Source of the DNA: Balanoglossus misakiensis | Taxonomy: Eukaryota > Animalia > Hemichordata | NCBI GenBank assembly: GCA_040954595.2 | Contig: CM082576.2 | Span: 5,058,760-5,122,759, forward strand | Direction of reading: 5' to 3' | DNA length: 64,000 nucleotides | The notes under the pieces: model-generated | The model's input: only the letters and a program-made list of their open reading frames with translations | What the model was told of the DNA's origin: nothing | The model's database searches: none | Translations under genes and position numbers: made by a program | Shown here: positions 1 through 12,017 of the stretch, piece by piece | Numbering within the stretch: the stretch's first letter is position 1 | Layout: each line of letters opens with the position of its first letter

Positions 1-663
1 GTTGATATTTAGTTGTTGCTCTGTACTGAGGCACAGTTCAGACCAGATTTCCAAAACATCTATGTGAGGCAACAATGGAAAAGAATTTGCATTTTCAACT
101 TGTCATTTTGAATTTGCCTCTTCCTACAACAAGCTCAGTTTTCAAAACCGTGTTTGTTTCTCAGTATCAAGCTATTTGTTATAACTTTTGTTTTGAAAAC
201 ATTGCCAAATTATTTGTTTGTTTGTCAATTGCCAATTACCAGTTGTTATGGCTCAAATAATGCTGATGTCTTGCATGGTGATCCGCAAAGTGGCATGGTT
301 ATTTCAACCTGCTGCTGTTCCAAAGTATAGTCTTTTAACTCTAATGTGGCAAGAAATAGCTGTCGGTGATTATAATGGTGTGAGAAACGTCTCTTCCCAG
401 TGTTACATGCTCTGAGTCCTTGAGAGGAGAGAGTTTATCTCCTGGGTGGTAACATCGCTCACTTGGGTTCTAAGTGTAATCTGGTATAGGCTTATTTTCG
501 ATAATAGGGTAGTTAAACTGACTTGAGTTTCCTGTCGCTGACTCTACAACTATGTTAATTATTTGTGGTATTTAATTAATCATATGGCTTTGGGGCAATT
601 TTCCGTCGGCCAATTAATGTTGAGATTTTTGTGTGTGTGTTTTGTTGTGATCTCTTTTGGCAG

Positions 664-3600
664 CTGAACATGCCTGTGCGTCCAATCCGTGCTATCACAG
701 CGCCACCTGTCTGGAGAGTTCTAACGGAGAATTCATGTGCATCTGCTCACCTGGGTGGACAGGTGAACGCTGCTCCAGTAACATAGATGAATGTCACTCG
801 AATCCGTGTCTTAACGATGGAACGTGCAACGATCTGGTGAACGGTTACGAGTGCCGATGCAGGCCGGGCTGGCACGGCGCGAATTGTGCGCTGGACGAAA
901 ACGAGTGCCAAGGAAGCCCCTGTGTACACGCCTTCAACTGCAGAAACCTGGTCGGGGATTACATCTGCGATTGCCAGCCAGGCTGGACGGGGAAGAACTG
1001 TGATCACAGTAAGTTGAAATACCAGACGACAACAACATCTGACACCCAGTCTTGACCAGGGGTTGTTACCTTAATCAAAAGAAACATGTTTCCCAGGTGG
1101 CATGCAGATGACAGCTCAACTATTTTTAGTGGCGAATTGAAATGCAATCCCAGCAATATGAGAGAAAGTATCTACCCAAACTTCTCAACTTAATGTCATG
1201 ACATTCTGCACACAGTAGGGGTGTAGGTTTCAGTCGATGACTTTTAACCTGGGTCCCAGTGTTTTAGAATTGCGACTGGGCAGAGATTTTCTCTGGTAGC
1301 CGCAGGATAAAAAGAAATCCGCCAACTTTTGATGTGATAATGAGTCGTGAGAACTTGGATGTCAACTTGGAGTAATTTGGATTATGCTAAATACACGAAC
1401 AACTTTTCACAGCTGCTTCTGTTAATTTGTATCAGGCCTTTTTATCTGTCTGAATGAGTTTATTTTTCACACTGTGAACTCTGAAAGCTGTTGGTTCATT
1501 AGATCAACATTTGACATTTGGTATCATTTTGCTTATCTCACCTTAAAGAGTAAAACTATCAGTAATTGAAATTGTGTTTTCGCTGTATGAAGGGTACCAC
1601 ACCATAAAATAACTTGGCTGTATACTATAAGGCAATTTCCAGAAACCAAATTGGCTTCTTAGCATAAGAGGAAGCCCAGTTTTTTTCTTTTCTGTGCCAA
1701 CCAATTATAACTAATGTTATATTCCAGTATTTCCTCTTTGCAGTTCAAAGTGCTTGTCAGTTTCATCGAGGAAATAACTGGTTGGTAAATATAATGTTTA
1801 AATGTTAATTCAGCTCATTGATTGACATCTATTTCTTTTTTCTTCTTCTTTCTTATTCGACAGATGCAGATGACTGTCAGGGCCAGTGTAAAAATGGCGC
1901 CACCTGTTTGGTGAGTCAATTGTCTAGAAAAACAATTACAAGTGATAGTTTGGATTGCAAGTCTCCTCTAAATAAACCAATTAACAGCTTCATGCAAAGA
2001 CTTAATTAGCAGTGGTGGGAAAGTAATTAAGCCATTACTTGGCAACCTGATATAGCCTGCCCTCTTGAGTTAATGAATTTAAGCGTATTTGTTTTTGTTT
2101 GTGTATAACTTAGAGTTTTTTCCCTCTCTGTGTTGCAGGACCTTGTCAATGACTATCAGTGCGTGTGTGCCCCTGGTTTCATGGGCACAAACTGTCAGAT
2201 CAACATTGATGACTGTGTGAGTAATCCGTGTCAAAATGGTGGTTCGTGTGAAGACAGAATAAATGGCTACTCTTGTATTTGTCGAACGGGATATACAGGA
2301 CGCCAGTGTCAAGTAAGTGCATTAATAGGGATGTCTCTTTGGCATAAAAGTAAAACGTACAATGTAAAATCCAGTGGTAAATTATAAAAAATACAAGTTC
2401 ATTGAACACCATTAATTTAAGTTTGTATTGAATGATAGCCTTTTATGTTTGTTGAGTGAAGTTGCAAAAATTAGCCCACACTTTAATGATGTTATATAAT
2501 TTGTGAAAAAGCACAAACCTGATGAAGGGGTGTTTTTTCCATAATAAAGTGTGAAAAAGCCAATAACTGAACACCAAGAAATATTCTAAAGGGTTGTATA
2601 TTAACTTTGAAGCACACAAAGTAATTTTTTTGTATCTTTCGTGTTTCCAGATTGATGTTGATTTCTGCGATCCAAATCCTTGCCAGAATGGCGCCAGCTG
2701 CTACAATGTGGAAAGCGATTACTACTGTGCCTGTACGGACAGCTACCAAGGCAAAAACTGCTCCCACCCAAAGCCAATCTGTCAGACCGCTTCTTGTGGT
2801 AAGTGACCGTCATTGCCATGGTTACTGGGATCTTTATGTGGTTGTTGACAGCAGCAGGATATGGTGGGGTTGCCGTGCCCTACATGCAGTATCATATGGC
2901 ACCAGCTGCTGTGACAAAGAGATAAAATTATTTATTATGCCAGTTGCCTCTGGCTATAAATCCATCTCTCCATTCTGTCTTGGGAGAGCTGTCATCTTCC
3001 GGACAGATTTTGATCATATCTTGGATTGTTTAGTCATGTTAATCGAGATAAAAATGTGAAAAAATACATGTTGAAATAGTTTGTGCAAGTTTTTTGTAAC
3101 AATTTAACTATGAGCACTTTGCCCAGCGTTGTATACAAGTTATTATATTATACCAGTATATTGATGGTGTAAATCACGCTATTTGATTGGTCGAGACACG
3201 ACACGTGACCGTGATATATTAGCCATATACCACAGTCATATATCATAGTTAAAGAAAATGCCTTTTTAAAATGTTTTATGCAAAGTTTCAATAAACTGGC
3301 ATAATATAATAGCAATAAAACACCCCCAGCCATGGTATACCACTCGATTTTGACCAGTTCAACTCCATATACGCACTCGCTATCGCTCGTGCGTATATGT
3401 CGTGAACTGGTCAAAATCTCGTGATATACCATGGCTGGGGGTGTTTTATTGCTTAAATAAATAAATAGATAAACTTGAAGAAGGAGTTCCTTCCCACTGT
3501 TGCAGGCATCGGGCAGGTTGATGACACTTGTTTTCCTTCCCTGTGTTAATTTCTAGAAATGCCAGGAAATCCATGCACAGTCCCTGTGCCTTCAAACAGT

Positions 3601-6600
3601 AGTGCCGGAGGTGTAAAACTGATACCATCCAGTGTGTGTGGCGACCACGGAACCTGTCAGAATCATGGAGGTGGCGTACATACCTGTGTGTGTCACTCGG
3701 GTTACACTGGACAGTATTGTCATGAGAGTAAGGAGGACCCCTTTTGTCCACTGCACTATCTTTCTTCTTTTAATGACCACTCTGTTGATTTTGATGAATT
3801 CCCCAATCATTTTAAAGCTGATACATACTTCAAAATATATTGCAAATAAAATGGAAATGGAGAGATGTATAAAATGTGTGTCCATGAAGCTAATGGTTAT
3901 TCGTTTTGAAAACTGAGACCATATGACTGGGAATATTTGCACGATGGTTTGAAGTTGTACTTTTTCCAATGAATCCGATGGGAACTAGCTTCCACCGGAA
4001 GTTTTCAATATAAGAAAAGTAAAATGATACCGTATCCATAATTATCAAATTCCATTTTCTGGAGTTTTTTCACTTTACCAAGGTGATAGTAATATGTATT
4101 TTGTCTTGTCTTGTCAGATATAAACGACTGCGAGAATCACTTGTGTCAGAACCAAGCTACATGTGTTGATGGATTGAATTCTTACACATGCATCTGTGCT
4201 GAGGGTTGGGAAGGTCTTTACTGTCACATCGGTGAGTCAGTCAAGTAACTCTGGAGGTCACCGTAAGGTCATGTCAAGAAGTTGTTGCCCTCGGTGATGT
4301 ACTACACAACCAGAGTCTTATATCAGTGGCAGATGTGGTACACATAGATGAAGTTTTATTTTTTCTGTGATGTGTTATGCGTAGCTGTTCAAAGTTTTGA
4401 CCAACTCATAGTGTGCAAACCCTGTGTTTAATTTTGAACATTGCATCAAGCCTATTAGATAATATTAGTGTAATAGGAGATCCCAAAGTATCTTTTAGTA
4501 CCTCAACATCAACAATGGGTCCAAAAATATTATCATTGGACACCAAAACATCAACAATCAAAGTTGAAACCTTTCTTGACCCACAACATCAACAATCACA
4601 AGTCAAATCTTTCTTCTGAAATGCTGTAGTTTAGCTTTTACTTAATAGGTATATTATTACAGGTCTCTGCAGACTTTGAGAGAAAGTTCTTCCCATAGAA
4701 CTCACTTGGCTGTTTAACTGTTTGCACTAAAGAATTTCTCCTGAGTGTGCCAGAGACTAAGTGTTATAATTTAGCTTTTTCAAATGTCTAATAGTAATTT
4801 TTGTTTTTATGTACTTTGCCAGACAAGAATGAATGTGAGCACAATCCTTGTCGGAACAATGGAAGCTGTATCGATTTGCCCTCTGATTTTTACTGTCAGT
4901 GTGCTGATGGATGGAAGGGAAAGACGTGTAATTCAAGTAAGTGTAGAATCAGCGAATCAATAAGATATGAATGTACCAGTTGTTTGAAAGCTAGCTAGCC
5001 AATTGGCTGCCAAAACTGACTCTTAAGTAAAAATGTAAGTTCATTTTGTGAAATAAAAGATGGTTATTTTCTTTTGAATTTTTTCAATGATGTGACATGG
5101 TTTTCATTATGGATTGAAAAGATTTTCAGGATTTGTCTTGAGCGGTGGTAATAAATTGCTCGATTTTTGCAAGAATGGGGACAGAGAGACAAAACCTTCC
5201 CACTGAACAGATTCCTGATCAGAATGGTGCAGCTAGACTAGACAGTGGTATTATTTTAATAATCGCCCCCCCCCCCTCTTGCTTATTTAATAATACGCAA
5301 TCCATATTTGACATAATTCTCATATATTCATAATTCATGCGTCTGATGTCTATATTTACAGGAACCTCACACTGTGATACGAATACTTGTAGAAATGGTG
5401 GCATCTGTTCAGACCAGGGTGATTCTTTCTCCTGTGAATGTCCTCCCAGCTGGGATGGCCGCACGTGTAACTTACGTAAGTTGTGTAATCTCATCGGTCA
5501 TTTACGTATCTCGAGGAAAAACGATCCTCACTGTAATGTGAGTGGTAAAGAAATTTTAGACCAAAATTTTGTGGAATTCTGCCGGATGTATATCCAAGAC
5601 GGCATATTTCCACAGTTCTGTTGAAAATAACTGTCTTTTTTTGGCAAGCTATGCAAAATCGCTGCTTTTAATATTGCTGCAATGCAGAGTATGAAAATTG
5701 GTCATGTTGTTTGGCCGTCTAAGCCAGACAACTAGAATTCAAAAGGGTAAAATCCTGCCAGATGTTGATGACCCTTTGAAATATTTTCAGGGAATCTCTT
5801 ACTAACTCTAATTGTGAAATCTGAGCTCAATTTCTTCAGCGGTATGTGCATGTATAACCCTTTCACCTACCATCCTGCGCGTCTTAGAATGATCCCATCA
5901 TATAAGTCATTGCCACCTGGTCAGTTCTATTGAGGCAATGGGGTACGTGGCTTGCAGATATCAGGGCCAAAGTGATGGTGTTAAAGCCCTGCAGTACATG
6001 TACCTCCTTCTAAGTCCCTCCGAGACCACTTCATTTTCCATCCTGCTTGCAGCTTGCAAGATTAATCTTTGCCCTTCTGTGATGCCATCAATTTCCCCAA
6101 AGTCTTGACAAGACCGGAAACGGGCAGGAAAACAAGATGCAGGCCAAGAACTCAATCAGACACCCTTGCGACTCTCAGAACAACCAACATATGCTATCAG
6201 TTATGGTTGTATGCAATTACCTGTTTTTAGGACCCAGGTCCAAACACTCAGAAAATAAGTGTCCACAAGTTGCAAAAAATAAATGTTGCAAATTGACAAG
6301 AAATTCTCACATATCACAGATATTTTTTTCTATTCACAGCAAAGAACAACAGTTGCGAGTATAATCCTTGTCAAAATGCTGCCACGTGTATTAACAGCGG
6401 TGATACATATACCTGTATCTGCAAAGAAGGTTTTGAAGGAATAAACTGTCAAATCAGTAAGTTCCTATTCACATTTACCCATAGTTTCAATAATACAGTT
6501 TATGAAAGGATTTTTCAAATTCTGTATATTGTTCATTTTTGTACTTTGACAATTAAGTTGTGAGTTTGTATCTTAATTAGCAATATTTTCTTTCCACTTT

Positions 6601-9600
6601 CTGACATAATCTCAATGTCTTGCTTCCCCTGTTATATTAGATATTGATGATTGTAAAAATAATCCATGCTACAATGGTGGTCGATGTATCGATGGCACTA
6701 ACTGGTATATCTGTGACTGTGTCCCAGGCTTTACCGGACCCGACTGTAGGATAAGTAAGTTTCACCACGTCAGAGTTTAGTGTCATTTTTACAGTGTTTT
6801 TGTACTCAGCAATATTGTTCGATACAGTTAAGTTTTGGCGAGACTTCAAAAGATCGCAAATTATAAACTTTTTGGCTCATTAAGACCACTGAAGTTGCTG
6901 CAGTTGTCATTCATGTAAACTGTCATTACATTTTATTGGTTTTGCCACTTTGTTTTTGTGATGTAAACTACTACCGGTCATTTCGCTATTATCACATCAT
7001 TACAGGATGCTGTTTATCACATCATGGTCTCTCTTCTGTGACCTCTGACTCCTTTCCGTGCTCAACACTTTCCCGCCAAAATTCTGTAGGTTACTCCTGC
7101 AGTATCCAATGACTGACGTACTCCACAACTTGCTGTTCATGTAGTTGATGAAATGAATGAAAGCAGGCAAGAAAAAAATTAGGGCAAGAAAAAGATAACA
7201 CAGGTGGCTTTAAACAGATTCATTTGTATTGTTGCCCTGGCAACTGGACCAAACCCTGATTGTTATATATATATGTTTTGATTGGCAGACATCAATGATT
7301 GTTCTTCCTACCCATGTGCATATGGTAGCACCTGCATTGATGGCATCAACACATTCTCCTGCATATGTCCACCAGGTCGTACCGGGCCCACGTGTTCAAC
7401 AGGTTAGTTCCACAAACATTGCCCAATCAAAGTCCTCCTACTATCAAAACTCCACATTCTTTTTCTGATCATTAAAATGCCATGCTTTTAATTGTTTCTC
7501 TTGTATAGTCCCTGATTCAGAAAACATTTGTAGAAATCATTCAGTCACTGCATATGTCACACACAGTTTTCTACAAGCTTCAGATATTGAACTGGTTTCT
7601 TAATGAATAAAGTGTGTGAAAGTTTAGCAGAGTTTGAGCTTCTTTCGAGTTGTAATTCTGCTTTGTGGTATTTTTATGAGAGAATCACTCAAAAATTCCT
7701 AACATATTTTTATCCCGTTCATTTTGTTTCACATATGTCACACTTAGGAAATATCTGATCATTTAAGATTGAAAATCTCAAACCTCTATGTTTGGCAACA
7801 TTGAAAGAACGTTTGAAGATAAATTGGCAGAAAACATGTGTATTACCACATAACGATCAAAACAGATATCAATGTAGATGTTTGTAGATGTTTGGAGTCA
7901 GTGGCTCTAGAATTCCTGATGCAAAGTACGGATGGGGTCATCACGTGAAGCATATTTTATCATAGGAACACAAACAAGAAAGTTTTCAAAGTATTTCAAA
8001 CTTTCAACTGGTGAAAGTTCACGTCATGTAAAATTGCTTTACCACACTAACTGTCAGAAGAAATATGGCTTCTCAGCCTCATTCATGTGGTTTTGATTGA
8101 CTTCCCGCAAACTCTCGTCGGTTTGTGCCGCCAACTGACACCCTTCAAGATGTGAAGGAATTCTCTTGCGCAGCCCTCATCTTATTTTTTCTTTCTCTCT
8201 CCTCTTCTTTTGTTTTGCAATCTTCATCATCAGTGATCGGAGTGCCAACACCATCACCGTTTCATTGTGTGTACAACAATCACATCTATTCACACAATCA
8301 GACCTGGGAGGAAGGTTGCAACCAATGTACATGTGACAATGGTATTACAACGTGCAGTCAGGTATGTAGAGAAACAGAGTGGAGTAATTTGTCTCTATTT
8401 GTAAACCCATGAGTGTTTAATTTTTCGTTTCGAGAATATGAGCATGGATTGCAATTATGGACAGTTCACACCCTGTAATGCGATATAGAAACCTCGTAAA
8501 ATAATGATATGCTTGTTAGTCAATGGTTGGTGGGTTGGTTGATACAGTTGAAATTCTGACCTTGCACCGATGTCCTTGAGAAGATTCACCCAAGCTGGAA
8601 AAACCAGCTGAGATAATGAAATGCGAGCTGTATGAAAGGAATATCTGAGATTTCAAAACACTAAATCAAAGTAATGGCGCTTTTTATTGATATTGTAACA
8701 GTGTACTGCCCCCTGAAAAACATCTGTCATGGCTTCGGCAATTACCATGTCTTTTAACCCACCATTTGGCGCCAGAGGTTGCAAATAAACAAAGTAGTAA
8801 TGTTCAAAGTGTCTACCAGTACAGCACCAAGTGCAATTTGACAGCAGCGGTTGTCCGACATCCGCAGGGGAAGAAAAAGAAAATATTCGTCTCATCAATC
8901 TGCACCTGTTTGTCTAAATAAAAAATCTAGATTTTTAAGCGATTGCACGAGGCATTTAGTACCTTTGATATTGCAATACTTTTGCCATCATAAAGAGTCC
9001 CTTTAAACTGACCTCAATCATCAACAGTCTTTGAGAGAAGCCCATCTCATACCACACAGCATAGTCAACCATGACAAACTCTTCAAACGTAATTAACTTT
9101 AGATTGAACGTTGAGAGACAAGACTGAACTTTGCTCCGTGGAATCGAAGTGGTAAAAAGTTTCACTGATAGAAAGACTTATTATGGCTGCGCAAACTGTT
9201 TAGAGAAGCGTAACTAATGAATGCTGATCATCTGAACTGGTCCTCGTTTTTCATTCACTCACGTTTCCACTTCTCTCTCTCTCCCCCCCACCTCCAATGG
9301 TTGCTAGGTGTGGTGTGGCCCTGGCAACTGTGCAGTGGACAGCAAGGGCGATCGTCTGAATTCAGTGAGGTGTCGTTGGGACCAGAGCTGCAAAGTGACT
9401 CAAGTGTCAGGCAAGGAATGCTTCACTGATCCCTGTGGAGCTGTCGGAGTCTGTGAAGATTTCGGTCATCTCACGGAGGCACCCACAGCAACCTCTGATT
9501 GTCTACCGAACTTAGCTCAGCTCAACAACCATTGTGCAATGATTACACTACTCTTTGACAGGGAAAAGATGCCATTGGTATGTCTGAATATTTTGTTCTT

Positions 9601-12017
9601 TGACTGTCATAAATGGCAATAGTCAGTGTTTTTGTTAAGGGTGGTACCCATTAAAATTGGCCAAAGTTGCCCAGTTATTTTACCGATATGCAATCATATT
9701 TATGGGTAACAGAAGTGTTACCGGGTTCCCAAATCATTTACCAATCTTCCCAAAACTTGGCAAAAACACTGGTAGTAGCAGTATATAGTAGTTTATTCCT
9801 TTCAGCTGTATATTGGAGTTTGCGCTGAATTGTGGCTTCATGACAAAATAAATATGAACACGTTGGAAGCTGGGCAAAATCTGGACAACTTTTGTCCCAC
9901 GGCTATTAACTCAACAAAGTCAGTAATGATGGTTTATACCAGGTAGTATTGATACCAGTAGTGTATGTACATGTACATGAATAGCTGTCAAAAATTTGTA
10001 TTATTCACTCAAGCTGCTAGATTACCATTGGTCAAGCAACTGATGTTCACCTGGCATTTAACCAATCTAAGAGCAGTCGCTGTTATGGCAATGCTGGTGC
10101 CTCACAGTACTGCAGCAGTTGTAAGTGAAGACACAGCAGGAATTCACTGACATGGACTTGTGTGACAAGATATAAACCATAAAGACATATGGAAAGGATG
10201 GTGTATTTATACATCCGTTTTCTTGTTTGCAGGGGGTGTCTGTTTCCTATATGTGTGCCCTTCTTCACAATGCACCAATTCGCTATATGGACAACACTGT
10301 GGTCATAGTTTGTGACAGAGCTTTAGATTCTAATGATTCCATCGTTGTGGCTGTGGTAAGCATCTACTTTTTTGTTTGGTGAAAAAAAAATCTTTGCATT
10401 CATAATTGATAATAATACAAAAACAGTGGCCAAATGACGTCAAGTATGTTTGTGTGTTATAAATCTTTCCGGGTTCAGACAGGTGTGGTGAACTCATAAA
10501 ACAACGCCCACTCGGACAAAAGGATGCCTTCAGTATTTGCGTCACTCTGCCCACCCTCCATACACACCTATAATATCCCCAGTGTACAAAATGTACTAAA
10601 GAATTGAATATGTCACTCAGGCATGAAGTCTCACAGATGTTCAGAATTTTTTTTTTTTACCTTTTCTATTTTTATGTGTTGAGAACGGTCTGAAAAACAG
10701 GCATCTTTTGTCCTGGCAGACCATAAAACTGATGAATGTTCGAACGTAGAAATGTCTACATAGTATCATGATCACCCTTGGCAACTTGGTGATCAATTTA
10801 TTGTGTTATAGTCGGAGTGTTGATGGTCTTTAATCAATCTCTGTGAGGAATTTTTGCCACACTATCTACATGTATAATGTGTATGTCTATTTTTCCCTCG
10901 ACAGTCGACTCCAAGAAGCACTACCACAAATGTCAAAGTGATTGTGGACAGCATAGCTGATTACATTAGCGGCAAACCCAACAACAGTTCAGTCTTAGCC
11001 GCAGTTGTGGAAATCAAAATAGAAACAACACGGGTAGATATTGAATCTTCAGGTATGGGAGAAGTCTTGCTCTTCTATTTCCTCCTAGGCTTTCTTGTTT
11101 TTCCTCACCCCCTAGCTGTGCTTCAAGTACTGGGTTCATTCATTCCAAATGAGAGAACTCTTGGTGTACAGTCAAATGTCACTCTATAACCCCAGTTTTC
11201 AGTAGTCATTATAGGAGGACATCAAAATTGATACTGTTTAATGTTATTTTTTCCGGTCTTGCTGCTGTGAAAGTTGATACATAGTTGCTTGTCATGCATG
11301 CAGTATTGCATCCTGCGCTTATAGTTTTGTCTAGATCATTAAAAGTAATTTTGTTGAAATTGATTAAAAGAGAAGATTACTGAGGTTCTATTACATGTGT
11401 CAGATCTAGCATGGAAGATTAATGTTTTCCCTCACGACACAATGAAGTATGTGTTTCTCTAATATCACTGGTAGTGTTATTGTTGTGGGACTTATTTCTC
11501 ACTTGCATCAAAATAAGTTGAAACCCCCTGAACTTGCACAATCTGGGTAATAAATCAAAATCTATTTTTGTTTGTTTCAGCTTCCACTAGTCTAATTCTT
11601 TTAATCTGCTTAATAATTGGATCCATTGGACTCATAGCGTGTGCTGCCTGTTTCTTCAAGTACTTCTGTGGGAGGCGGAAAAAGCGTCGCCGCCAGCAAC
11701 AGGAAGAGGAAGCCGCCCAGAGCAAAGAGCTCCGGAAAAAATGCAATATAAACAATAGTGACAACAAAAACAATGAGAGGGAACAGTTTAGAAAATTAAA
11801 AAATCCCATTTTTGAAGAGAGGAGGGAAAACACCAGTAGTCCAAATGACTCTACTGTGGAATTAGAAGAAATACAACATTTAAATAAAAATGTGCCGAGG
11901 ACTGAGAAGGACATTTATAAGCCGGAGACTAAGGAGGCCCAACAGAATATCTTGAAGAAACAGCATAAAACATACAATGAGAAGTCAAGAACTGTGACCT
12001 TTGAACTTATGGTGTAG
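664..12017 (+). CDS. JAG1: Jagged/Serrate Notch ligand, 5'-partial (EGF repeats ~4-16, VWC/cysteine-rich domain, TM helix, intracellular tail)
   Basis: Exons with AG/GT ends and consistent phase: 664-1008, 1864-1910, 2139-2312, 2651-2798, 3557-3727, 4118-4231, 4823-4936, 5362-5475, 6340-6456, 6641-6754, 7289-7402, 8234-8361, 9308-9577, 10233-10355, 10905-11052, 11581-12017. There are 13 EGF repeats starting [10 protein letters not shown], including the Jagged-typical interrupted repeat ([29 protein letters not shown]). These are followed by a VWC domain ([24 protein letters not shown], absent from Delta), the TM helix [22 protein letters not shown], the motif [14 protein letters not shown] and the C-terminus FELMV*. 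The signal peptide and DSL domain lie upstream of the window. The symbol denotes the JAG1/2-Serrate family. Confidence 0.95.
3311..3453. mobile_element. Long inverted repeat (~65-bp arms), probably part of a non-autonomous foldback DNA element spanning ~3145-3455 in a Jagged intron
   Basis: The left arm AGCAATAAAACACCCCCAGCCATGGTATAC...TTTTGACCAGTTCA...ATATACGCAC (3311-3376) is the near-perfect reverse complement of 3389-3453. The loop is TCGCTATCGCTC. Confidence 0.7.
4255..4271 (+). promoter_or_regulatory. Perfect DR5 nuclear-receptor element in a Jagged intron
   Basis: AGGTCA-ccgta-AGGTCA, 23 bp after the exon ending at 4231. Confidence 0.45.
4500..4616. repeat. Degenerate ~40-bp tandem repeat (3 copies) in a Jagged intron
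   Basis: The core AACATCAACAAT recurs at ~4505, ~4547 and ~4585. Confidence 0.5.
7231..7244. promoter_or_regulatory. RFX X-box in a Jagged intron
   Basis: GTTGCCCTGGCAAC, 44 bp upstream of the exon at 7289. Confidence 0.4.

Noticed and set aside
379-5205. Scattered Su(H)-like GTG(G/A)GAA sites in Jagged introns
   Set aside because: About six YGTGRGAA sites are expected by chance in 64 kb on both strands, so isolated hits are uninformative.
664-12017. Notch receptor, Delta or Crumbs as the identity of the EGF-repeat gene
   Set aside because: There are no LNR, ankyrin or laminin-G domains. The VWC domain, interrupted EGF repeat and tail motifs are Jagged/Serrate-specific.
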